A stretch of 64,000 bases of DNA from positions 22,696-86,695 of the forward strand of contig JAFPTC010000145.1 in the NCBI GenBank assembly GCA_017400455.1, written 5' to 3'. The position numbers and the translations under genes were made by a program. Each line of letters begins with the position of its first letter. The stretch's first letter is position 1. The notes beneath the pieces are model-generated. The model saw only the letters and a program-made list of their open reading frames with translations, made no database searches and was not told the origin of the DNA. Shown one piece after another: positions 30,929 through 39,896 of the stretch. The DNA comes from Prevotella sp. Lineage in GTDB: Bacteria > Bacteroidota > Bacteroidia > Bacteroidales > Bacteroidaceae.

Positions 30929-31435
30929 TTAGTTCAGCCCTCCGCTGGTGAGCGAGTCGCTTACGCTGATGGCGGTTCTTGCCTCCTTGCCCAGCAGTAG
31001 CGAGTCGCTGTTCTGCTCGTAGGCCACGGCGGGCTCGTTCGCGTCGACCTTCACCTGGCCGCGCTGGGCATATTCCTCGGCGTCCACCCAGGTGTCGTCC
31101 TGCTTGAACGACTGGTTGATGGCGTTGCCCAGGGTGAGCAAGATGGCCACCACGGCGGCGGCGCCAAACAGCGGGCGCAGGCGCTCGGCGAGGCTGACGG
31201 TACGGGCCTTCACCACCTTCGTTCCTTCAGTCATCTTCAACAGCCGCTCGTCGAAGTCGTCGCCCAGCTTAGGCTGCTCGCTCAAGGCGTCAAACAGCGG
31301 GGCATAGACAGCCAGCTCCTGAGGCATGTCAGCAGCACCCTGGGCGTAGAAGGCCTTCAGGATTTGCTCCTCGTTCAGGGTCGTCTCCCCCTGGAAGTAG
31401 CGGTCAAGCAGTTGTTCGATGTACTTATAGTCCAT
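30929..31435 (-). CDS. Putative anti-sigma factor-like membrane protein
   Basis: IEQLLDRYFQGETTLNEEQIL, one TM segment; overlaps the ECF sigma stop. Confidence 0.7.
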   Translation of the reverse strand: MDYKYIEQLLDRYFQGETTLNEEQILKAFYAQGAADMPQELAVYAPLFDALSEQPKLGDDFDERLLKMTEGTKVVKARTVSLAERLRPLFGAAAVVAILLTLGNAINQSFKQDDTWVDAEEYAQRGQVKVDANEPAVAYEQNSDSLLLGKEARTAISVSDSLTSGGLN

Positions 31436-31949
31436 GTTGTTCTAATTGTTGAAACTTTTCTTTTATTGTTTGGCGGGCGCGAAAGATGTTCACCTTCACT
31501 TGCTGCTCGGTGATGCCCATCACCTGGGCTATCTCCTTGTAGGCTTTTCCCTCCATGTCGCGCAACTGCATGCAGGTGCGCTGTTTTTCGGGCAGCTGGT
31601 CCAACAGGCGTTTCACCTGTTCCACCCGGTCGCGCTGCACGGCCATTTCCTCGGGGTTGGCGCTCCATGAGCGGTCTTCGTGGTCGTGGTGGCCCTCGTC
31701 GTCGTCGAGTGATGCCTGCTGGCTGTCGGCGCGTTTCATTTTGTCCAGCGCCATGTTTCGGCAGATGGCCAGGCAGTAGGCCTCTATCGATTCCAGCTCG
31801 TCCCAGCTGTCGCGGCGGTTCCATACTTTCAGCATGGTTTCCTGCACTATGTCCTCGGCATCAGCTCTGTTGAGAGTGATGCGCAGTGCCAGCCGGAAGA
31901 GTTCGTCTTTCAGCGGTAGCACGTCTGTGCGGAAGCTGATTTCTTTCAT
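31425..31949 (-). CDS. ECF sigma-70 factor
   Basis: DAEDIVQETMLKVW region 2; YKEIAQVMGI...VKVNIFRARQ region 4. Confidence 0.93.
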   Translation of the reverse strand: MKEISFRTDVLPLKDELFRLALRITLNRADAEDIVQETMLKVWNRRDSWDELESIEAYCLAICRNMALDKMKRADSQQASLDDDEGHHDHEDRSWSANPEEMAVQRDRVEQVKRLLDQLPEKQRTCMQLRDMEGKAYKEIAQVMGITEQQVKVNIFRARQTIKEKFQQLEQHGL

Positions 31950-32012
31950 CCTCTCTATTAGGTAAGACGATTGGCAAGGGAAAAAGTTACAGAAAAAGTG
32001 ATTTTTTTTTCG

Positions 32013-32098
32013 AGGGGGGCGCCGCGTGAAAAAATCTCACGTGAGAAATTTTTCTGGGAAGGCCTCCCGTGAAAAAATCTCACGTGAGATTTTTTTCT
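32013..32098. repeat. REP-like cluster C (2 cores, opposite polarity to A)
   Basis: CACGTG at 32038 and 32081; begins GGCGCCGCGTG. Confidence 0.9.
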
Positions 32099-32107
32099 GT
32101 CGCGTGG

Positions 32108-33373
32108 TCACCTGTTTACGGCGGGCAGCCGCACCCACCTGATGTGGCGCCGCAGCCCTTCGGGCGAGCTGACGGTGAACTGGTACTCGCGGCCGCGCAC
32201 AAAGGGCCAAAGGACAAACTGGCTGAGCGACACGACGGGCCGGCCATCGATCTGCTCCACCACGTCGCCGGGGCGGAAGCCCAGCCGGAAAGGCTCACCC
32301 TGGGGCCACACCAGGCCCACGCTGGGGCGGCCCTGGTCGTCGGCCACGAAGGCTATCTCCACCTGGCGGTTGCCCACGGCTATGGCGCGGTCGGTGGGGG
32401 CGTTGGGAATGAAGAGCATGCGGCGATGGCGGGGATCGAAGGTCACGGAGCCATACTCCAGCAGCCGGCTCCCCAAGTGGGAACCGCCCTGGGTGGTGAC
32501 GCAGTGGAGGCGGCTGAAGGCGCAGCGGCCCAGCCGCAGGCTGTCGAGCTGGAGGAAGGCCACTTCGCCCTCGGGCTCGGTGCCATAATGGCCTATGGCG
32601 TGACGGCCCACGATGCGGCCCTCAACGGTTAGGTCGCCACCGTGCTTTTCGGCCTCGGCATCGTCGAAATGGGCCTTGTTCATCGAGAAGAACTGGCGGC
32701 TGCCGGTGTCGAAGAGCACCCTTTCGCGATGCTCGCCAAAGGGAATGATGTCAATGTAGGGCACGTGGAAGTTCAGGCTGTACTTCATGCCCACGATGCC
32801 CAGTGCCTGTTCTTCTTTCTTCGACAGCGGCCAGCGCTGGTCGGAGAGTATGAGGCGCCGGCGGGGCACGTCGATGGTCATCACCAGGCCGCCGTTCACC
32901 AGGTCGAAGCCCAGGATGCCGTCGATGGACGACGTGCGCGGCTGCACAGTGGCCCGGAGGCCCGTGAGCTTGAGCGAGCCCAACATGACGGGGGGCAGCA
33001 GCGTCATGCTCACGGTGTCAGTGCGGCCGGTGGCATCGTGCGAGATGATATTGCCCACGTGGGGGCCTTGCGCCAGGGGTGAGTCGCTGAACACCACGCT
33101 CTGGCCGGCGCCGGTGTCGAGCAGGAAGCGGTAGGTCTGCCCGCCAATAGTCACGGGCACGAACACCTGGCCCCGCTGCCACTCTATGGCAATGGTCTCG
33201 ATGAAGTTGGTGGCAGAAACGTGGAAGTCGGCCTTGTAGCGTCCCAGCCCCTGCGCCCCTGCGGGGCTAAATGAAAAAAGGGAAATGAAGAATGAGAAGC
33301 CAAGCAGCCTGCTCATCAGCCCGCAACGTAGCTTCCATGTGCCTGGGGCGGCGCTGTTCTTCTCATTCTTCAT
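32108..33373 (-). CDS. Tandem retropepsin-like aspartyl protease with C-terminal PDZ-like domain
   Basis: FLLDTGA and LFDTGS, DGILG; GFRPGDVVEQIDG. Confidence 0.8.
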   Translation of the reverse strand: MKNEKNSAAPGTWKLRCGLMSRLLGFSFFISLFSFSPAGAQGLGRYKADFHVSATNFIETIAIEWQRGQVFVPVTIGGQTYRFLLDTGAGQSVVFSDSPLAQGPHVGNIISHDATGRTDTVSMTLLPPVMLGSLKLTGLRATVQPRTSSIDGILGFDLVNGGLVMTIDVPRRRLILSDQRWPLSKKEEQALGIVGMKYSLNFHVPYIDIIPFGEHRERVLFDTGSRQFFSMNKAHFDDAEAEKHGGDLTVEGRIVGRHAIGHYGTEPEGEVAFLQLDSLRLGRCAFSRLHCVTTQGGSHLGSRLLEYGSVTFDPRHRRMLFIPNAPTDRAIAVGNRQVEIAFVADDQGRPSVGLVWPQGEPFRLGFRPGDVVEQIDGRPVVSLSQFVLWPFVRGREYQFTVSSPEGLRRHIRWVRLPAVNR

Positions 33374-33382
33374 TTTTTGTTT

Positions 33383-35449
33383 CTATTTTTTAAGTTCGTC
33401 GAGCAGGCGCTGGGCCTTGCCCCACTTATCCATCATGAACAGCACATAGCGGATGTCCACGCCGATGCAGCGGGCCAGCTGCGAGTCGAAGAAGATGTCG
33501 CTGGAGAGCGAGTCCCAGTTGCCGTCGAAAGCCAGGCCGATGAGGCGGTTCTTGCCGTCGAACATGGGGCTGCCGGAGTTGCCGCCGGTGATGTCGTTGG
33601 TGGTGAGGAAGCACAGGGGCATCTCCCCTGCCCCACTGAGCAGGTCGAGCATCTCGGGCTGCACGCGATAGTCCTCAATGGCTTCGCCCTGCTTCATCTT
33701 GGCTACCATGCTCGGAGCCTTGGTCTGCCAGCCTGAGGGTCGTCCGCCCAGGTTGTACTCCTTCACTTGGCCGTAGCTCATGCGCAGGGTGAAGTTGGCG
33801 TCGCTGTAGTGGGGCTGGTCCTGCTCCATGCGCAGCTTGGCGGCACAGAGCAGCCGCTCCTGCTGGTCGATGCTGTCCTGAACGGCCAGGGCGGCCACCT
33901 GCAACTGCTGCGCCAGCACGGTCAGGTCCTGGCCGTACTGCACGCCCAAATCCTTCTTGAACGATTTCTTGTTGGGATAGACGCGGCCTTTCTTGATGAG
34001 GGCCGACTTCTTGTAGAGGTGGTCGGCGTATGCCTGGCAGTCGCCGCCAAACTTCTGGTCGATGGTCTGATAGAAGTCGGGCAGCCACTGGGGATCGGTG
34101 ACCTGCTGGCGATAGTTCTTGAGCAGCGTGCCCAGGACCTCGCGGTCGGTGTCATAGTCCCAGCTGTCGCGGTTGTCCTTGAAGTTGATGTGCTGGCGCT
34201 TGCCGTGGCCCACGGGCTGTGCACCGCTGTGGGTGCGCAGGGCACGCAGGCTGAGCTCGTCGTTGCGCATGAAGCTCTCCATGGCCAGCATGGCTGCCTT
34301 CGACACGGCAATGCGGCGGTCGTAGAGCTGCTTCATCTTGGCAAAGTCGAGCTGGCCCTTCAGATAGCCACAGGTGTCCTGCCACTGGCGCAGCCGCTGC
34401 TCGAACTGCTCCTTCTGGCCAATGAGGCCGATGGAGTCGATGCATTTGTTCATGCCGATGGAGTTCTTCCAGTAGTTCGACGACTGGGCATACTTCGAGT
34501 CGTACTTGATGCGCACGGCCTCCGAGGCGTCCATGTGGCGCTTCATCACCTCCTGCTTCACGCCGCGCACCTGGGCGCGAATGGCGTTCTGGGCATAGCG
34601 CTCGCTGATGCCGTAGCTCGACAGGTAGCGGCTGGTAGAGCCGGGATAGCCCATGGTCATCGAGAAGTCGCCCTCCTTATAGCCCTCGGTGCTCACCTTG
34701 GCCCAGTGCTCGGGGTGGTAGGGCACGTTGTCCTTCGAATATTTGGCGGGGCCGTTGGTCTTCGGGTCAGCGTAGATGCGGAACACGGAGAAGTCGCACG
34801 TCTGGCGCGGCCACATCCAGTTGTCGGTCTCGCCGCCGAACTTACCCATCGACTTGGGAATGGCGAAGACGAGGCGCAGGTCGGTGAAGTCGCGGTAGGT
34901 GGTGGCGTAGTAGCGGTTGCGCTCGTAGAAAGCCTTGATTTCCACGCGCAGCGAGGGGTCCTGGGCCTTGGCGGCCTTGTCCATGACCTGCTCCAGGCTG
35001 TCAATATAGTCGTAGCGCTGGTTCTGCAGGCGTGCGCCAATGTCGGCGGGCAGCTGGTCGGTGATGTCCTGCTGGCTCACCATGAAGCTCACGAACATGC
35101 CTTCGTTGGGCAGCTCCTCCTCGTAGCTCTGGGCAATGAAGCCGTTGAGCATGTAGTCGTGCTCCACGGTGCTGTGGCTGCGAATGGCCTCGAAGCCGCA
35201 GTGGTGGTTGGTGAACACCAGGCCGTCGGGGCTGACGACGACGCCCGAGCAATAGCCGGAGAAGTTGACGACCGACTTCATGATGGCGTCGTCGGCCTTG
35301 TAGAGTTTGTCGTAGGGCAGCTGATAGCCCTCTAACTGCATGCGCTCGTAGACGGCCTGCGGCAGGTCGTAGAGCGTCCACATGCCCTCGTCGGCATGCG
35401 CAGAGAGCGCTGCCAGGCATGTCAGGGTCAAGAATAATTTCTTCATCAC
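33383..35449 (-). CDS. S46 dipeptidyl peptidase (DPP7-type)
   Basis: ADEGMW, TNHHCG, DITGGNSGSP; FDGNW (Gly as in DPP7, not the Arg of DPP11). Confidence 0.92.
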   Translation of the reverse strand: MMKKLFLTLTCLAALSAHADEGMWTLYDLPQAVYERMQLEGYQLPYDKLYKADDAIMKSVVNFSGYCSGVVVSPDGLVFTNHHCGFEAIRSHSTVEHDYMLNGFIAQSYEEELPNEGMFVSFMVSQQDITDQLPADIGARLQNQRYDYIDSLEQVMDKAAKAQDPSLRVEIKAFYERNRYYATTYRDFTDLRLVFAIPKSMGKFGGETDNWMWPRQTCDFSVFRIYADPKTNGPAKYSKDNVPYHPEHWAKVSTEGYKEGDFSMTMGYPGSTSRYLSSYGISERYAQNAIRAQVRGVKQEVMKRHMDASEAVRIKYDSKYAQSSNYWKNSIGMNKCIDSIGLIGQKEQFEQRLRQWQDTCGYLKGQLDFAKMKQLYDRRIAVSKAAMLAMESFMRNDELSLRALRTHSGAQPVGHGKRQHINFKDNRDSWDYDTDREVLGTLLKNYRQQVTDPQWLPDFYQTIDQKFGGDCQAYADHLYKKSALIKKGRVYPNKKSFKKDLGVQYGQDLTVLAQQLQVAALAVQDSIDQQERLLCAAKLRMEQDQPHYSDANFTLRMSYGQVKEYNLGGRPSGWQTKAPSMVAKMKQGEAIEDYRVQPEMLDLLSGAGEMPLCFLTTNDITGGNSGSPMFDGKNRLIGLAFDGNWDSLSSDIFFDSQLARCIGVDIRYVLFMMDKWGKAQRLLDELKK

Positions 35450-35457
35450 ATTATTAT

Positions 35458-36945
35458 TTATTTAAAGTATTTACCGATGACGGGCAAACTGCGCAGCGGC
35501 AGGTCGCGCCAGACAATGAAGGCCACGAAGACGCCTATGAGCAGCGTGTTGAAGGCCAACGAGGCCCACAGCGGCCAGCCCACGGCGGCGCGCATGAAGC
35601 CATAGAGCACGAAGGCGAGCACCACGTAGAGGGAAATGTCCTTCAGCGGATAGTCCACCTTGTAGTAGCGTTGGCCTATGAAGTAGCTCAGCAGCATCGA
35701 CACGGCATAGGCCGCGAAGCCGGCCCAGGCGCAGGCCATGTAGCCATAGCGAGGAATGAACAGCACGTCGATGGTGATGAGCACCACGGCGCCGATGGCC
35801 GAGAAATAGGCTCCCCAGATGGTGCGGTCGGTGAGCTTGTACCAGAACGAGAGGTTGAAGAACACGCCGAACATGATCTCGGCCGCCATGACGATGGGCA
35901 CCACGCGCAGGCCCTCCCAGTAGCTCTGGCCGATGATGAACTTCAGCGTCCCGAGCCAGCCCATCACGCAGAGGAAGGCCAGCAGGGTGAAGATGAGGTA
36001 GAACTTCATGGCCTTGGCGTAGGTATCGCGACTGTCCTTGTCCTTCGACTTGCCAAAGACGAAGGGCTCGTAGGCAAAGCGGAAGGCCTGCGTGATCATG
36101 ACCATGATCATGGCTATTTTGATGCAGGCGCCGTAGATACCCAGCTGCTCGCGGGCCTCGGCCACGGAGCCGTCGTAGAGGTAGGGGAAGAGAATCTGCG
36201 AGGCGGCCTGGTTCAGCTGGCCCACCACACCCATGACGAGCAGCGGCCATGTATAGGCCAGCATGCGGAGGCAGGCTTTGGCGTCGAAGCCGTGGCCCAT
36301 GCCGCGCAGCTCCTTGCCCAGCAGCAGCAGGGTGAAGAGCGTGCAGGCCAGGTTGATGTAGAAGACGAAGGCCACCTGGAGCGTGAACTGGTCGTCGTAG
36401 ATGCCCAGCGGGTCCCACTGCAGCTTTGGCAGCACGATGAGGTAGAGCACGTTCAGCACAATGTTGAGCAGGATGTTGAGCACCTTCAGCGTGGCAAACT
36501 TCAGGGGCTTGTGCTGGTGGCGCAGGTAGGCGAAGGGCACGCACATGAAGGCGTCGATGGCCACGGTGACATACATCACGCCCACGTACTCCGGATGGTC
36601 GCCATAGCCGATGGCCGAGGCGATGGGCTGCAGCAGCAGGAGCACCACGGCGATGCTCAGCAGCGATGTGATGGCCACCATACGCAGCGTGGTGGAGTAG
36701 ATGCGGCGGGGGTCCTCGCCCTCGCGGTTCATGAAGCGGAAGAAGGTGGTTTCCATGCCATACGTCAGCAGGATGACGAGTATGGACACGTAGGCATAGA
36801 CATTGGTGATGACGCCATACTCACCCCCCGAGGCGGCAAAGCGCGCCGTCTGGATGGGCACCAGCAGGTAGTTGATGAAGCGGGCAACGATGCTCGACAG
36901 TCCGTAGATGGCCGTGTCCTTGGCCAGGGATTTCAGGTTTGCCAT
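35458..36945 (-). CDS. Wzx-like oligosaccharide/polysaccharide flippase
   Basis: Start reassigned to MANLKSLAKDTAIYGLSSI; 12-14 TM segments, LTYGMETTFFRF. Confidence 0.88.
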   Translation of the reverse strand: MANLKSLAKDTAIYGLSSIVARFINYLLVPIQTARFAASGGEYGVITNVYAYVSILVILLTYGMETTFFRFMNREGEDPRRIYSTTLRMVAITSLLSIAVVLLLLQPIASAIGYGDHPEYVGVMYVTVAIDAFMCVPFAYLRHQHKPLKFATLKVLNILLNIVLNVLYLIVLPKLQWDPLGIYDDQFTLQVAFVFYINLACTLFTLLLLGKELRGMGHGFDAKACLRMLAYTWPLLVMGVVGQLNQAASQILFPYLYDGSVAEAREQLGIYGACIKIAMIMVMITQAFRFAYEPFVFGKSKDKDSRDTYAKAMKFYLIFTLLAFLCVMGWLGTLKFIIGQSYWEGLRVVPIVMAAEIMFGVFFNLSFWYKLTDRTIWGAYFSAIGAVVLITIDVLFIPRYGYMACAWAGFAAYAVSMLLSYFIGQRYYKVDYPLKDISLYVVLAFVLYGFMRAAVGWPLWASLAFNTLLIGVFVAFIVWRDLPLRSLPVIGKYFK

Positions 36946-36952
36946 AGCAGAG

Positions 36953-37654
36953 TTATTTTGTAGGTGAGGTAGGTTTGGTAGGTGGAGTAGGTTCAGTAGG
37001 TTCAGTAGGTTCGGTAGGTTCGGTAGGTGCAGTAGGTTTAGTAGGTATCTCTTTACTGCACCTACCATCCCTACCAAACCTACCAAACCTACCCTCTTTG
37101 TCATAACCATATCCCCGGGCTTCCGTCCTGGCTCTGTAGCGCTGCTCCTTGATGCCTCCCTCGCGCAGGAACTGCTCGTCCTGCCAGTCTATGAGTCCGC
37201 GAATAAGGCTCAGCGCCTGGTGAATGACTATCAGTGCAATATTGGCTATCTCCTCGTCGTTGCGGCCTTCTATCTGGCGCTGGTAGTAGGCAGTGTCATT
37301 ATGTCTTTTAAACAGTGGCTGGCAAATGCGGTACTTCTCGTGCTGCGGCCCCCATATCTCCATCTGTCGCACGCGCAGATAGTCGCGGTAGTCCTCCTTC
37401 AGTTCTTCCAGGCTGCCCTTGGCAATGGTGGTCAGCCGGTGTTCGGTGTCTGTGGAGCCTTCGGCATCGCTATAGCCCTCCACGATGTTCTGCTTGCCCG
37501 ACCGCGCTGCCTGCTGCATCTGGTCTACGGTGCGGTCGTGGGCTCGGTCCATGAAACGAGTCACAAAGTAATAGGTGATATCGAATACGCACTCCGCCTT
37601 CTGGAAGGCCAGGAGAGTGCGGTAGCTGTCAATCTTTTTTCGTTTTTCGTCCAT
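36953..37654 (-). CDS. Four-helix-bundle protein (23S rRNA IVP/bAvd-like) with suffix domain
   Basis: YRTLLAFQKA, RTVDQMQQAARSGKQNIVEG, SLEELKEDYRDYL, FLREGGIKE; C-terminus reads through the 9-mer repeats. Confidence 0.88.
   Translation of the reverse strand: MDEKRKKIDSYRTLLAFQKAECVFDITYYFVTRFMDRAHDRTVDQMQQAARSGKQNIVEGYSDAEGSTDTEHRLTTIAKGSLEELKEDYRDYLRVRQMEIWGPQHEKYRICQPLFKRHNDTAYYQRQIEGRNDEEIANIALIVIHQALSLIRGLIDWQDEQFLREGGIKEQRYRARTEARGYGYDKEGRFGRFGRDGRCSKEIPTKPTAPTEPTEPTEPTEPTPPTKPTSPTK
36960..37092. repeat. Palindromic 9-mer module (GTAGGNNNN)x10 / (NNNNCCTAC)x4
   Basis: Units counted directly at 36960-37049 and 37057-37092. Confidence 0.92.
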
Positions 37655-37684
37655 GATGTCATTAATTATTATGTGGATATTGAG

Positions 37685-37773
37685 GTAGGTTCTGTAGGTT
37701 TTGTAGGTTTTGTAGGTCTTGTAGGTTCTGTATATACTTTACCTACTCCACCTACCACACCTACCCTACCTAC
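37685..37773. repeat. Palindromic 9-mer module (GTAGGNNNN)x5 / (NNNNCCTAC)x4
   Basis: Units at 37685-37729 and 37738-37773; contains the stop codon of the upstream gene. Confidence 0.92.
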
Positions 37774-39002
37774 CCAAAGAACATCGCCGCTATGAATATC
37801 GCGGCAAGAATCCCCGCCAGGTCGGCCAGCAGGCCGCAGGTCACGGCATGGCGCGTATAGCGCACGCCCACCGAGCCGAAGTACACCGCTAATATATAAA
37901 AGGTCGTGTCCGTCGAGCCTTGGAAGATGCAGCTCAGGCGCCCCACAAACGAGTCGGCACCATAGGTGGTCATAGCGTCGACCATCATGCCACGGGCGCC
38001 GCTGCCCGACAGGGGTTTCATCAGTGCCGTGGGCAGCGCGCCCACGAAGTCGGTGTCGATGCCCACAGCCCCCAGCAGCCAGCCGATGCCGCCGATGAGC
38101 CAGTCCATGGCCCCCGAGGCACGGAACACGCCGATGGCCACGAGGATGGCCACCAGATAGGGAATGATCCTGACGGCCGTGGAAAAGCCCTCCTTAGCGC
38201 CCTCGATGAAGGCATCGTAGACGTTCACCCGCTTCCTCACGCCGGCCAGGATGAACAGCACGATGATGGTCATGAGCAGGATGTTGGCCACGGAGACGCT
38301 CACCTGGTTCATCACCACCGAGTCCAGACGGCTGAAGCCCCACAGGATGGCGGCCACGGCGGCGCACATGCCGCCCAGCGTGAGCAGCATGGTGCGGTTG
38401 AGCAGGTTGATGCGCTGATAGAGCGAGGTGACGATGACGCCGGCCAAGGTAGAGAAGAAGGTGGCCAGCAAGATAGGCATAAAGACGTCGGTGGGCGCGG
38501 CAGCTCCCATCTGCGCCCTGTACACCAGGATGCTCACGGGAATGAGGGTCAGGCCGCTGGTGTTCAGCACCAGGAACATGATCATCGGGTTCGTGGCCGT
38601 GTCCTTCTTCGGGTTCAGCTCCTGCAGCTGCTCCATGGCCTTCAGGCCCATGGGCGTGGCGGCATTGTCAAGGCCCAGCATGTTGGCCGAGAGATTCATG
38701 AAGATGCTGCCCGTCACGGGATGGCCTTTGGGCACGTCGGGGAAGAGTTTCACAAACACGGGACTGAGCCATCGCGAGAGCGCGTTGACCACGCCTCCCC
38801 GCTCGCCCACTTTCATCACGCCCAGCCACAGCGACAGCACGCCGGTGAGGCCCAGGGAAATCTCGAAGGCCGTCTTCGACTGTGCAAACGTCGAGTCCAT
38901 CATGGCGGGAAACACCTCCAGGTCGCCCAGCACCACCAGCTTCACCAGCGCAATGACGAAGGCCACCAGGAAAAACGCTATCCAAATATAGTTCAGTACC
39001 AT
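37770..39002 (-). CDS. Fused SpmA/SpmB nucleoside-recognition (gate) membrane protein
   Basis: ANMLGLDNAATPMGLKAM; MKPLSGSGA; GSTDTTFYILAVYFGSVG. Confidence 0.9.
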   Translation of the reverse strand: MVLNYIWIAFFLVAFVIALVKLVVLGDLEVFPAMMDSTFAQSKTAFEISLGLTGVLSLWLGVMKVGERGGVVNALSRWLSPVFVKLFPDVPKGHPVTGSIFMNLSANMLGLDNAATPMGLKAMEQLQELNPKKDTATNPMIMFLVLNTSGLTLIPVSILVYRAQMGAAAPTDVFMPILLATFFSTLAGVIVTSLYQRINLLNRTMLLTLGGMCAAVAAILWGFSRLDSVVMNQVSVSVANILLMTIIVLFILAGVRKRVNVYDAFIEGAKEGFSTAVRIIPYLVAILVAIGVFRASGAMDWLIGGIGWLLGAVGIDTDFVGALPTALMKPLSGSGARGMMVDAMTTYGADSFVGRLSCIFQGSTDTTFYILAVYFGSVGVRYTRHAVTCGLLADLAGILAAIFIAAMFFG

Positions 39003-39016
39003 TCAGGAAAGAATAA

Positions 39017-39141
39017 TTGACGTTGCAAAGGTAGCTGTTTTTTTCCGTTCTGCCAAACAATTCCTGGGTTTTTGTAGGGTAGTCCTAAGTTGTCTTCTTC
39101 ATTTAAACGACAACTTTGGGCAACCTGGGACGACTTTGAAC
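39017..39141 (-). promoter_or_regulatory. Inverted copy (R0) of the cassette repeat, providing the spmAB promoter
   Basis: Minus strand: AAAGTTGTCGTTTAAATGAAGAAGACAACT hairpin, then TTTG(39054-57)-N20-TACCTTTG(39026-33)-CAACG. Confidence 0.75.
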
Positions 39142-39149
39142 TATGCCGC

Positions 39150-39355
39150 GTAACTACTCAGTCATGTGTTGAATTAGACAAAAATCTCCAAAAATCTTTC
39201 AAAAATAGCTGCGCGAATTTCTATTTTTGAAGATTTGCGGGTGTGCCAAGGGCACAAAATCTACAAAAATATGCCATCAAAAGAGATTTCTGTTAGATTT
39301 TTGAAGATTTTTGTCCTTATATTTCTTGTGGTGGTCAGCATGACTGAGTAGTTAC
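39150..39355. mobile_element. IS66-type MITE, copy 1 (206 bp)
   Basis: TIR GTAACTACTCAGTCATG/CATGACTGAGTAGTTAC; perfect 8-bp TSD TATGCCGC (39142-49, 39356-63). Confidence 0.88.
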
Positions 39356-39489
39356 TATGCCGCGTAGATCTGAATAAAATCCGGAATTCAGCGCCCGCCC
39401 ACACCTATAAGCCCGCCCGCTCGGAGTAATAAGGGCGGCCGCCCTTATTAATGCGGGCGACCGCCCGAATCTGACAAACCTACGGGACG

Positions 39490-39572
39490 TAAAAAAATCT
39501 CACGTGAGATTTTTTTCTGGGAGGCCTTCCCGTGAAAAAATCTCACGTGAGAAATTTTCACGGGAAGCCTCC
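39490..39572. repeat. REP-like cluster D (2 cores)
   Basis: CACGTG at 39501 and 39544. Confidence 0.9.
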
Positions 39573-39896
39573 CTATGAGAACACGCCGCCACTGCACCAT
39601 AAGAAGCACAGGCCCCACTTTCAAGGCATCCGAGGCTCTTTCGTCCTCATTTTAAGCACGTTAGAAGGCCGTCAGTCCCCGATTTTTCCGATGGCCGAAT
39701 GCAAACGGTTGCATAAATCTTGAATAATTTTTCTCTATATTTAACAAGATTTAACTACTAATCCAGTTTAGGAATCAAATTCTTTTACTACCTTTGCGGC
39801 ACCATTCGTAATAAAAAGGCGGCCGGACTGATTCCGGCCGTGTTAACCGAATAAAATTAAAATCATATATTAACTATTTAAAAAACAAAAAGCATT

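Noticed and set aside
36946-37110. N-terminal extension of the flippase in the ORF track (LLNLLHLPNL repeats)
   Set aside because: It is a translation of the 9-mer repeat module; the family-typical start is MANLKSLAK at 36945
36953-37654. Diversity-generating retroelement (Avd-like gene)
   Set aside because: No reverse transcriptase and no TR/VR pair with adenine-specific mismatches seen in the window
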